Virus record (IMG/VR): IMGVR_UViG_3300025133_000049
Location: 30,788-94,787 of that record
From: a virus
DNA length: 64,000 nucleotides
Strand: one strand, 5' to 3'
The translations under genes and the position numbers were made by a program. The notes under the pieces were generated by a model that searched no databases, was not told the DNA's origin, and saw only the letters and a list, made by a program, of their open reading frames with translations. Positions 50,201-58,432 of the stretch are shown here, piece by piece; within the stretch, counting starts at the first letter, position 1, and each line of letters begins with the position of its first letter.

Positions 50201-51072
50201 GTGGAACAAACTTCACTCATATAGGTATATGTACAGGAGGATTAAAGTTAGGTACAGGAACAGCAGATACTATTTCAGTTCCTACTGAGATGTTAGATGT
50301 AACTGGTAATGGTAAATTCAGCGGAGGTTTAGAAATAGTTACTGATCCTACTTCTGGGGATGATGTTGGTAATAGAGATTATAATGATGCAAGATACTTA
50401 AGAGGAGATGTAGCAGATACTCAAACAGGTGGTATTATTATGAATGGTGATATTACTATGAATGATGATAAGCTACTTAGATTTGGTACCAGTGGTGCAG
50501 AATCAACTATATCTTCAGACGGAACAGATACTATTTGGAAACTAAAAAGAAATAGTCTTGAAATACAAAACTTAGGTACTGCTGCTGTATTTAGTATAGA
50601 TCAGAGTGGTAATGTAGCACAAACAGGACATCTTACATTAAACAATGATAAACTTATTAGTTTAGGTCCATCAACAATAGGGTATAATTCAAGTAAAACA
50701 AGAGTAGATTTTAATTTTGAATCAGCTGCTTCTTTAAATTTTTATGACGGAGCACAAGCTAAGTTTGAATTCGAGAAGTCTACAGGATACTTTACATGTG
50801 TTCAGAGTTTTGCTACGTCCTCTAGAGAAAAGAAAGAGAATATCACAACTTACATGGGGTCAGGTCTAGATGTTGTTAGAAATATCAATGTAGTTACATA
50901 TGACTTTAAAGATGGTGGAGCAATGAATAACATTGGTGCAATATCTGAAGATGTTCCTACAGAGATATCCTCTGAGGATAGAAAATCAATATCAATTAAC
51001 CAACTTGTGTTCTTACAAGCTAAGGCTATACAAGAACTAGAGGCTAGAATAATTGAATTAGAAAACAAATAA
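47299..51072 (+). CDS. long tail fibre with collagen-like repeat and C-terminal intramolecular chaperone (peptidase S74-like)
   Basis: Gly-X-Y run at 47860-48093; repeated P.DG.TYGR.D..W modules; TSSREKKENI..IGAISEDV..KAIQELEARI C-terminus. Confidence 0.88.
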   Translation: MAKELNHGLHILAPEPVDIRLVKDVYGDLSTIPVIFIGLKVFVIADNKEYRYYSDGWKEWIPGGAETPELTAQWGSITGDINLQTDLVNALNLKFDKTGGQITGPVYNTHTFDGANFILLGSVPSNQQPEGGGIPDAPADGVTYGREDNAWVDILLRAEGVLGNPGVDGYVLSSTAAGVRSWVVPQSGPQGEQGIPGEDGATGADGPQGADGATGATGATGSQGIQGIQGDIGPQGAQGEQGIQGEQGIQGEQGVPGDDGISGDPSDGTTYGRKDNNWSKAVGSHITGEPAGAGVYDNEIYLTQAQYDAGPINATTIYHITDAVDNGGGGGTESPLTTKGDVWVYSSANTRLPVGSAGQILSADANEGTGLKWIDAPLTGIGGSIANDQVAIGDTTADTIVGSSGLTFNGTLLNVVGTIAADNAAYSTPVGEPTGSARIGNIVYLTQAQYDAGPTNATTIYKITDAPGDGGEGITSPLTTKGDLWGFSTTDARIGVGTNDQVLTADSTQASGVAWKDATGGSGGGDVYLANDNIFTGSNEFKNTATFFGNTGVNEGITVNILDGLGVPRALMGAGNQGFSITGNPGVTITTLSTQLSYQGLDPTDDTGIGDRGYNDGRYLMDSPSDGGTYGRKDGAWAIVPEAADLSNYVTLNGTQTITGAKTFSLVVSGVTPTLPAHLATKAYTDSIAGGTIPEAPEDGSTYGRRDAAWIQVAGGGGGDAYLANSQTFTGANTFTQVITGAAPSLPLHLSTKQYVDDSVIAVQYTHPAYTARSINTSGAEVIDVFTSNSLGHVTNATKRTMTLANLGYTGATNANYITNNNQLTNGRGYITGISNYVTTDTTQSITGTKTFTKVVTGVTPTAALHLATKAYVDANVGGGGTIEGTIALNQVAYGSGTDTIQGSSNFTYDGTYLKNRYFKSSGVDYRFYDGTSSSLVLSFKKYAGWSTDVASTLLQMEAGSALITGPSGTNFTHIGICTGGLKLGTGTADTISVPTEMLDVTGNGKFSGGLEIVTDPTSGDDVGNRDYNDARYLRGDVADTQTGGIIMNGDITMNDDKLLRFGTSGAESTISSDGTDTIWKLKRNSLEIQNLGTAAVFSIDQSGNVAQTGHLTLNNDKLISLGPSTIGYNSSKTRVDFNFESAASLNFYDGAQAKFEFEKSTGYFTCVQSFATSSREKKENITTYMGSGLDVVRNINVVTYDFKDGGAMNNIGAISEDVPTEISSEDRKSISINQLVFLQAKAIQELEARIIELENK
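47860..48093 (+). repeat. collagen-like Gly-X-Y repeat
   Basis: GPQGEQGIPGEDGATGADGPQG...GEQGIQGEQGVPGDDG. Confidence 0.9.
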
Positions 51073-51073
51073 T

Positions 51074-52903
51074 ATGCCTTACGCTAGTGATCATTTAGTA
51101 ACTTATCAGGAGCTGCAAGATATGGTGGATAACCAAGGCTTTACAGCTAAGAAACCTATACCAGATACTAACCAGCACATCACAGCTGCGGAAGCAATTG
51201 AGTATGTATGGTTATCAGGTACACCTCCATTATCTGGATTTTTTCCTAAGCAACACCCTCCTTATTGGGCTTTTATCGCATTAGGAACTGCTTGGGTTGC
51301 AGAAACCTGGGAGTGTATTTTAGATGGTGGGGGAGGTCCTACAGGAAGTAATCTAATGGGCACCTTATCTTTCGTCAGTTCTTCAGATGATTCTATATCT
51401 GTGCTGTGGACCGGTCCAGTAGATGTTATATCAGATCAAGCATTGGTATCATATAGCATAGAAATTAAATTATCATCATCTAGTTCTTGGTCAGTACATG
51501 GAACAGAGCCTAATACTATTTATGAATACACTGCAGGATCATTATCCTCTGGAGAGAATTATGATATTAGAGTTAGATTCCAAACAAATACAGGCGCTTG
51601 GAGTACCTATAGTAATACGGTATCAGCAACTACAGTAGGGTATATTCCTATAACTTGTTCTGATACAAATATAGAAGGTAACCAAGGAATTCTTCAAATG
51701 TTTGATATAGATATGGGATCGGTTAATCAAGGTACATTTGATTTCGAATTTAATCCCAAAAATATTCCAGATAGGGTTCAAATAAAAAGTGGAGCCAGTC
51801 TTCTATATGACTCACAATACTTAGGGGATGTTGATTGGTATCCTAATATGATAGACCAAGGGGTGGATCCAGCATTATTAACTAGATTAAGTACTACTAC
51901 TATAGTAGCTCCTGAAACAGGAGTTCACCCTCTCAATGATCATGGTAGGGTAGGTACAATAGATGCATCTTTAATTCAAAATGAACATGTACAATTAATA
52001 GTGGATGGGCCGTTAAATAACACCGTATGGGATATGACAGTAAAATGTCCTATAGGAGATGTGACACCAGAGAACTATACAGTATATACAACTGATTATG
52101 GAGATTATGCAGGTACTGTTGATCTAATGGTATCGAATGTAGTTGCGGGAGATACATTAACTTTCCAGGTAGAGGTTCTATCCGGAGGGTCTACTGCAAG
52201 AGAAAACCAATGGAGGTATAATAAATTTGATAGTAACTTAAATATTACTGAGCTAGTAGATGGAGAAGATAATCCGAGCTTACCACAGGTGTATCAATTT
52301 TCAACCCAAGCACACACATCAGGAACTTTCAAGTTTGCTAATGTACATAGTTACCAAAACTCAGGACAAGAGGATTATTATGGAGAGTCTATTGGTAGAG
52401 TGAGATTAATAAGTTCAAGTGCAGGTAATACATTTAATACTGAATGGCTCGACTTGAATTGTGAAAGTTATGTTTATATTCCACCTAACCCCTATGATCT
52501 ATCTTGGACATGGACTGAAGCTTTGACATATAAAGGATATGGAGGTGAGGTTAGAATAGAAGGATCTCAAGGTGCGGAAATATTTTTAAAAATTGAATAC
52601 CTATCTGAATCAGGAGATTGGGGATCACAGGTTACAGGTAGTACAGGTATCTTAGAAATAACTGATAGTACAGTTAGCGGAAATATGCCTTATACTGTAA
52701 CACCAACTAATCTAGGTCAAACATTAGAAGCCAGCATTGGTGGAGGGTACTATTATAGATATGCATTTTTTACCTGGTTTGAGAATCCAAGTAATGTAGG
52801 ATCTATACAGATTAGAATTACGATACTCTCAGCAACAGATTATCCAGCTCATCAGATACCAGCACCATTACAATTTACAATAAATAACAACGACAATTGG
52901 TAA
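51074..52903 (+). CDS. virion protein with fibronectin type III domain
   Basis: ISVLWTGP..YSIEIK..LSSGENYDIRVRF..WSTYS FN3 signature. Confidence 0.75.
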   Translation: MPYASDHLVTYQELQDMVDNQGFTAKKPIPDTNQHITAAEAIEYVWLSGTPPLSGFFPKQHPPYWAFIALGTAWVAETWECILDGGGGPTGSNLMGTLSFVSSSDDSISVLWTGPVDVISDQALVSYSIEIKLSSSSSWSVHGTEPNTIYEYTAGSLSSGENYDIRVRFQTNTGAWSTYSNTVSATTVGYIPITCSDTNIEGNQGILQMFDIDMGSVNQGTFDFEFNPKNIPDRVQIKSGASLLYDSQYLGDVDWYPNMIDQGVDPALLTRLSTTTIVAPETGVHPLNDHGRVGTIDASLIQNEHVQLIVDGPLNNTVWDMTVKCPIGDVTPENYTVYTTDYGDYAGTVDLMVSNVVAGDTLTFQVEVLSGGSTARENQWRYNKFDSNLNITELVDGEDNPSLPQVYQFSTQAHTSGTFKFANVHSYQNSGQEDYYGESIGRVRLISSSAGNTFNTEWLDLNCESYVYIPPNPYDLSWTWTEALTYKGYGGEVRIEGSQGAEIFLKIEYLSESGDWGSQVTGSTGILEITDSTVSGNMPYTVTPTNLGQTLEASIGGGYYYRYAFFTWFENPSNVGSIQIRITILSATDYPAHQIPAPLQFTINNNDNW

Positions 52904-52906
52904 ATT

Positions 52907-53380
52907 ATGGCAAACACAGGATATAAACAATGTTTAACTAGGATGCAGGTTATGGTAGATCCTACTACAGGATTACCAGACCCCAATAATCCAACAGGGT
53001 TAGTTGAAGCTAATGATCCAGGAGAGAACTATATAGAAAACGTATGGGATATAGTAACATGTCCTCTACCTCCTGATCCTCCAGCAGCTCCGGTTAACTT
53101 TACAACTAGTTGGTTACAAGTTAATGTGGCAGTATCTTTAACATGGACTGCGCCAGCTAGTACTTATCCAATAGTAGAGTATGATATATGGAGAAGAGAA
53201 TCATATACGACAAGTGTTTCGTATAGAAAAATAACAGGAGCACCTCCTGGAACAAGTACAGTAGATACACCTAATAATCCGGGAGGAGCAATACCTAGGT
53301 ACTACTATAAAATTAGAGCAAAGAATTCTTATGGTGACTACGGACCATTTAGTCCTGAAGTTTGGATTGAGTTCACTTAA
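52907..53380 (+). CDS. small FN3-domain virion protein
   Basis: PAAPVNF..VSLTWTAP..YDIWR..YYYKIRAKNSYG..FSPEV. Confidence 0.8.
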   Translation: MANTGYKQCLTRMQVMVDPTTGLPDPNNPTGLVEANDPGENYIENVWDIVTCPLPPDPPAAPVNFTTSWLQVNVAVSLTWTAPASTYPIVEYDIWRRESYTTSVSYRKITGAPPGTSTVDTPNNPGGAIPRYYYKIRAKNSYGDYGPFSPEVWIEFT

Positions 53381-53407
53381 ATAGATAACAATTAAAATAG
53401 ATATATT

Positions 53408-53518
53408 ATGTACAAAGGAATGAAATTTTATCACGACAAGAACTTCTGGAGATTGATTGGATTGATCGCTGGATTAGTAGCATTGGCCGCATTAAGTTAT
53501 TGGATAATCTACGTATGA
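53408..53518 (+). CDS. 36-aa single-TM microprotein (MYKGMKFYHDKNFWRLIGLIAGLVALAALSYWIIYV)
   Basis: Manual translation; ATGA overlap with the next gene. Confidence 0.6.
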   Translation: MYKGMKFYHDKNFWRLIGLIAGLVALAALSYWIIYV

Positions 53519-53892
53519 TTTTCTTTATAGTAGTCATAAGTTTATTACTAGGTTTTAAACTATGGTGGGACTTTAGAGCAAAGAATGTAGAAGGACGTGT
53601 AATCAATCATGCTAGAAGCGCATTGGTTGATGTAGTCATATACATAGCAGCATCTGGGGTATTTTATCCAGACTTTTATGCTATGGTAGGAGCAGTTATA
53701 TTTGCATGTGGATTTAGATGGATATTATTTGATGCTATATTTGCAAAGATTAATTGGGGAACTTGGATCTTCTATGGAGAGAGTTCTTGGATAGATAAAC
53801 AGATGGCTAAACTCCATAAGAAGTTTGGACTCAAGCATTTATTAATTAAATTGATACCATTGTTAATAGGGATATTGTTGGTATATTTGTAA
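53515..53892 (+). CDS. multi-TM membrane protein (likely start MIFF at 53515)
   Basis: 3-4 hydrophobic segments. Confidence 0.75.
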   Translation: MIFFIVVISLLLGFKLWWDFRAKNVEGRVINHARSALVDVVIYIAASGVFYPDFYAMVGAVIFACGFRWILFDAIFAKINWGTWIFYGESSWIDKQMAKLHKKFGLKHLLIKLIPLLIGILLVYL

Positions 53893-53904
53893 AAACAAAG
53901 AGAG

Positions 53905-56034
53905 ATGGCTAAAGAAATAAACATGAACTTCGAAGTCTTGGCACCGGGGCCAATTGACACTAGAATGCAAGTTGCTACACAAGCAAGTTTAGCAGGTATA
54001 CCTGTGAAGTTTGATCAGATGGTAACTAGAGTATTAGATGAAGAAAAAGATTATGTTTATAAATTAAGCAATGATACCTGGGCTGTAAAAACCTCGGATG
54101 CAGCCTCTATATCTTGGGGTAGTATTATAGGTACATTAACTAGCCAAACCGATTTAGTTAATGAGTTTGCAAAATATGCACTAACCACTCATACACACCC
54201 AGCCGGACCTATACCCGCGCATGAGCATGCACCTGCAGATATTACAGATGTAGATAATCAAGTAGTATGGGCTAGGGAATTAGTAGCACCAAATGTAATT
54301 CTAGAAGGGTCAAGTTCTTCTGGAAGTTTTTCAGATGTAGTAACAACTAAAGGTGATTTATATACTTTCAGTACAGTTAAAGATAGATTACCCGTAGGTG
54401 CTGATGGCCAGGTTCTTTCTGTCGATTTAACAGAACCTACAGGATTAAAGTGGGTAGAAGCAGGTGGAGTAGATTTATCAGGTTTAGTACCTTATACCGG
54501 TGCAACTACAAATGTAGATTTAGGTAATAGGGACTTGACTACAACAGGGGTTATTGCAGGCTCTAATCTATCAGGCTCTAATACAGGTGATAATGCTGTC
54601 AACTCCTTGTATTCAGGTCTTGTAAGTAACGTATCTACACAACTATCGTTAGGAACGATCAGTTCTACTCAAGTATCTATCACAAGTGATGGAGCAGTTA
54701 ATGACGTAACACTTCCAGAAGCTACTGGATCTGATGCAGGTTTGTTAAGTAGTGGGAAGTATACTGAGATAGAATCAAACACATCCGCTAAACATACTCA
54801 CAGTAACGCAGCTGCATTAGATTTAGTTTCTGGAACAAACACAGGAGATCAAACTTCTATCGTAGGACTTACTGGAACTAAATCTCAATTTGATACGGCC
54901 GTAACTGATGGTGACTTCTTATATGTTGGAGATGTATCTTCAAACGTACCAACAAATTTATCATACACAGGCAGCGCTACTCAAGGAGTGGTGGTATCAA
55001 GTGATGGGACAGATGCCACTTTACCAGCTGCTAATGGAACTAATGCCGGTCTTTTATTACCTGGTGACTTTACTAGACTTGCTAATACTAGTGGCACTAA
55101 TACAGGTGATCAAGATTTACCTCAATCAGGCGTAGACTTCGACCCTGTAGGTACAGATAACTCTGATAACAATGCAGCTAATTCAACATATGCAAACGAT
55201 TATAGGGCTGCTAATTTTGTAGCTGGTACTAATTACCAAGTTCCACTTGTTGCAGATACAGATTACTTAACTCCAGGTACAGCTGCAACAACATACGCAC
55301 CAGTATTAGGAGCTAATGATAACTATGTTACAGATGCTGAGAAGACTGTAATAGGTAATACTTCAGGCACTAACACAGGTGATCAAAGTCTTGCTAATTA
55401 TGTAACTCTCGACGGAACGCAAACCATTACGGGGTTTAAAAGCCTTGACGGAGAGGTTAATATAGGAGATGGAACGAACGAGTTACATTTTAGAGGTCGA
55501 AAAATTTCCGCTTATATTGGAGGTACTCTTGGAAACTTGGACTTTGAGGCTGTACAAACTTATTTTAACTCGGATTTTTTAATTGGGGATGGGAAGTGGA
55601 TAAGTACAAAAAACGGAAGTACGTTGGATTTAGAGTTAGGAACAAGTGACGCTAGTAAGGGAATTTATACTTCTCGATATATTCACGCGGACGGAGAAGT
55701 TACTGGTTCGAATTTAAGTGGCACTAACACAGGGGATCAAGACATAAGTGGTAAAGTTAATACACCTACAGAAAGTACAGGTGTAGCACTTGTCTTATCA
55801 GATACAATAGGAAGGCCTTATAATATGGGTTCTGCAAACTCAGGGCTAACATATACAACAAGTGGTTTGACTGCTATGGGATGGGCAGTGTGTAGAATAA
55901 ATACAACATCCGAACCTACAGTAACAGGAGCAACTAAAACAGCAGGAGCTGATTGGGTTACAGGAACAGATATGCACATGGTAGTACAGACATTAGATGG
56001 AACTAATGTACAGTATTTCTTTATAGCTTTATAA
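53905..56034 (+). CDS. second tail/head fibre protein
   Basis: N-terminus paralogous to the 47299 fibre (MAKE..LAP.P.D.R); SGTNTGDQ repeats; LVPYTGATTNVDLG fibre motif. Confidence 0.8.
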   Translation: MAKEINMNFEVLAPGPIDTRMQVATQASLAGIPVKFDQMVTRVLDEEKDYVYKLSNDTWAVKTSDAASISWGSIIGTLTSQTDLVNEFAKYALTTHTHPAGPIPAHEHAPADITDVDNQVVWARELVAPNVILEGSSSSGSFSDVVTTKGDLYTFSTVKDRLPVGADGQVLSVDLTEPTGLKWVEAGGVDLSGLVPYTGATTNVDLGNRDLTTTGVIAGSNLSGSNTGDNAVNSLYSGLVSNVSTQLSLGTISSTQVSITSDGAVNDVTLPEATGSDAGLLSSGKYTEIESNTSAKHTHSNAAALDLVSGTNTGDQTSIVGLTGTKSQFDTAVTDGDFLYVGDVSSNVPTNLSYTGSATQGVVVSSDGTDATLPAANGTNAGLLLPGDFTRLANTSGTNTGDQDLPQSGVDFDPVGTDNSDNNAANSTYANDYRAANFVAGTNYQVPLVADTDYLTPGTAATTYAPVLGANDNYVTDAEKTVIGNTSGTNTGDQSLANYVTLDGTQTITGFKSLDGEVNIGDGTNELHFRGRKISAYIGGTLGNLDFEAVQTYFNSDFLIGDGKWISTKNGSTLDLELGTSDASKGIYTSRYIHADGEVTGSNLSGTNTGDQDISGKVNTPTESTGVALVLSDTIGRPYNMGSANSGLTYTTSGLTAMGWAVCRINTTSEPTVTGATKTAGADWVTGTDMHMVVQTLDGTNVQYFFIAL

Positions 56035-56035
56035 T

Positions 56036-56722
56036 ATGAGTTTACTTAGTTTTTATCATAGATTAGCAACTCTACAAGGAGAGACCGGACCTTCAATTAC
56101 ATCTTATGTATTTGACGGGAACACTACATCTTATTTTGCTGATGAAGCTTCTACGCCAACAATGCTTGATGGAGTTGTTAATCAAACATTTGTGATTAGA
56201 ATTAAGATTACAGGATCAGATGTGCAACAAGGAATACTTGGTTGTAACAATAGAGCTAATTCACTTAAGATGGAAATTGATGCTAATGATAATAGGTCAG
56301 ATGGAGCTGTTGTTGATACAGGATCAAGTACTTTTACAAATGGTAATATATCTATGGATGGACAATGGCGCAATGTATTCTTTTATTATGACGGAACTAA
56401 TATTGGTTTCTATGAAGATAACACTTTAATAAAGAATCACAATGATCCTGACTTTACAGCAAGAACTGCTGGTAGAGCACTGGCAATTGGAGCTTCTGCT
56501 ATTGGAGGAGGATTACCTGGAAGATTAGTAGGAGAAATATCTGATGTTCAATTTTATAACAAAAGATTAAGTGTTGGAGAAATTGCAGCCTTGAATATTG
56601 ACCTAACAGATACAGCATCTGGATTAATAGCTAACTTTGCTGGACAGAAAACATCAACAACATGGACAAGTGAATTAGGAGGTTATGTATTAACAAATCA
56701 AGGTGGTGTAACTACAGCATAA
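56036..56722 (+). CDS. LamG/concanavalin A-like lectin domain protein
   Basis: YVFDG..DGQWRNV..YDGTNI..GEISDVQFYNKRLS. Confidence 0.8.
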   Translation: MSLLSFYHRLATLQGETGPSITSYVFDGNTTSYFADEASTPTMLDGVVNQTFVIRIKITGSDVQQGILGCNNRANSLKMEIDANDNRSDGAVVDTGSSTFTNGNISMDGQWRNVFFYYDGTNIGFYEDNTLIKNHNDPDFTARTAGRALAIGASAIGGGLPGRLVGEISDVQFYNKRLSVGEIAALNIDLTDTASGLIANFAGQKTSTTWTSELGGYVLTNQGGVTTA

Positions 56723-56773
56723 CCGACGCATAAAATTTTCGGAAGTAACCCGGGTTAGTATCTTAAATTATCC

Positions 56774-56797
56774 TATCTTTGTATAGAACAACAAAAG
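56774..56797 (+). promoter_or_regulatory. Bacteroidota-type promoter for the lysis cassette with AACAACAAAAG leader
   Basis: TATCTTTG 56774-56781; AACAACAAAAG 56787-56797. Confidence 0.75.
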
Positions 56798-56889
56798 AAA
56801 CTTTTTCAGGTTTGTCCGTAGTATAGTTTAAAAAGTAATCAAGCATACGCAGAGACTTACACTTCCGATGGGCCTGATTAAATATAACA

Positions 56890-57132
56890 ATGGAAAAGAC
56901 AGATTACAAGAAGGACATTGATAATAAAGATAGCTCAAAACGTTTAATGGGGATGAGATATCTTAATCATGGTTTAGCCATGGCTTGGGCTTCGATCGTA
57001 TTAGAAGCCTTTGGGGTCCAGATTGGATTACCTTTTAACATAGGAATAAAGGAAGTGATATTCGGCACATTCATAGTAGGAGCCTCTCTACTTGGTGTGA
57101 CACTTCTGGAGAGATTGAGGCCAGTTAAGTAA
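56890..57132 (+). CDS. putative holin
   Basis: 80 aa, two TM helices, SSKRLMG motif, start of the lysis cassette. Confidence 0.6.
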   Translation: MEKTDYKKDIDNKDSSKRLMGMRYLNHGLAMAWASIVLEAFGVQIGLPFNIGIKEVIFGTFIVGASLLGVTLLERLRPVK

Positions 57133-57151
57133 CTCATAAAATAAACTTAAA

Positions 57152-57508
57152 ATGAGTAGTGTGTTAGAGTACGTATCAATGGGCTTTATAGTCAGTATAG
57201 CAGGATTTATAGCCTGGGCTGTAAAGCAAGTCAAATCTTTTGGAGCAGCTCAAAAAAAATTAGGAGAGGGTCAGAAGGATATTGAAACCAGAATATTTAC
57301 ATCCCCGAGAGAGAAAACTTTAGTGGAAGAACATTTAGGATATAGGCATGTCACACATGAGGAGATTAAATCTAATCATGATACAGTGATGCATGCAATT
57401 CATGCTTTTAGTTCTCGTCAAGATGATAAAGATGAGGCTTTGAAAGATGACATACATGAAATCAAAACAGATATTAAAGAACTTAGGACAAGTAAAGTAG
57501 ATAAATAA
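57152..57508 (+). CDS. membrane-anchored coiled-coil protein (holin/antiholin-like)
   Basis: N-terminal TM helix and C-terminal coiled coil; coupled to the endolysin-like gene. Confidence 0.55.
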   Translation: MSSVLEYVSMGFIVSIAGFIAWAVKQVKSFGAAQKKLGEGQKDIETRIFTSPREKTLVEEHLGYRHVTHEEIKSNHDTVMHAIHAFSSRQDDKDEALKDDIHEIKTDIKELRTSKVDK

Positions 57509-57921
57509 TGGTTGCGGTATTAAATCGGATCAAAGAATCGCCTGAGCAAACGCTCGGGCATCTTACGTTATACGACGGATTAGAAACCGTATGTGATGTA
57601 GTAATGTTAGAATTACCGGATAAAAATAACCAAAGAAGAATAAGCAGAATTCCTGCGGGTAGGTATAAGGTAGTCCCTAGAACTAGTCAAAAGTTCGGTA
57701 AGCATTTTCATGTTCTCGGAGTAGATGGTAGATCCTTAATACTTATTCATATAGGAAATTACAATACACAAACAGTCGGGTGTTTATTACCAGGTATGTA
57801 TTTTAAAGATATAAATAAAGACGGCCTTACAGATGTAGCTGAATCAAGAAAAGCCTTAGAGGGTTTAATGATCTCTGCACCACAAGGGTTTAAATTAATA
57901 ATAAATGACGATATCACATAA
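57508..57921 (+). CDS. DUF5675-family putative endolysin
   Basis: TLGHL..LELP..SRIPAGRY..GRSLILIHIGN..TVGCLLPG pattern. Confidence 0.75.
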   Translation: MVAVLNRIKESPEQTLGHLTLYDGLETVCDVVMLELPDKNNQRRISRIPAGRYKVVPRTSQKFGKHFHVLGVDGRSLILIHIGNYNTQTVGCLLPGMYFKDINKDGLTDVAESRKALEGLMISAPQGFKLIINDDIT

Positions 57922-58432
57922 CTTATATAAGTGGGCCACCTTACTTGCAGTAGCTTGTATAATTGCTTTTTTATTTATAGATAATAAGCAGGATTCTACA
58001 GTGGGGAAAATTCAGACAAATATTGACAGCATAAGTACCTTAGAATCAGAGATTAAAGTGAAGCAAAAACAAGAGGTGATTTTTACGAAGAAAAAAGACT
58101 CCATTAGGCCTTTAAAAATTAAGGCTGAAAAGGAAGTAAAAATAGCCAAAGTAGCTTTCGAAAATTCCGGGGAAAAAGTTGGACCTAAAACTAAGGAGTA
58201 TATTGATCGGTTAGTAGAAGTTAATACTTTATACAAAGTAGAGGTGAACTTTATAGAGGGACAGTACAAGAGTGCTAAAGATCAGCAGTTCTTACAACAA
58301 GATATTTCTAAATTACACATAGATATTAATAGGGAATTAAAAGTTAAACACAGGATGACTATACTTAAAATAGGAGCAGTAACCGTAGGGGTTGCAGCAC
58401 TTATTATAACAGGCATCGCAATAGCAAATTAA
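57905..58432 (+). CDS. putative spanin-like membrane coiled-coil protein
   Basis: N-terminal TM, coiled coil, C-terminal TM; follows the endolysin-like gene. Confidence 0.55.
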   Translation: MTISHNLYKWATLLAVACIIAFLFIDNKQDSTVGKIQTNIDSISTLESEIKVKQKQEVIFTKKKDSIRPLKIKAEKEVKIAKVAFENSGEKVGPKTKEYIDRLVEVNTLYKVEVNFIEGQYKSAKDQQFLQQDISKLHIDINRELKVKHRMTILKIGAVTVGVAALIITGIAIAN

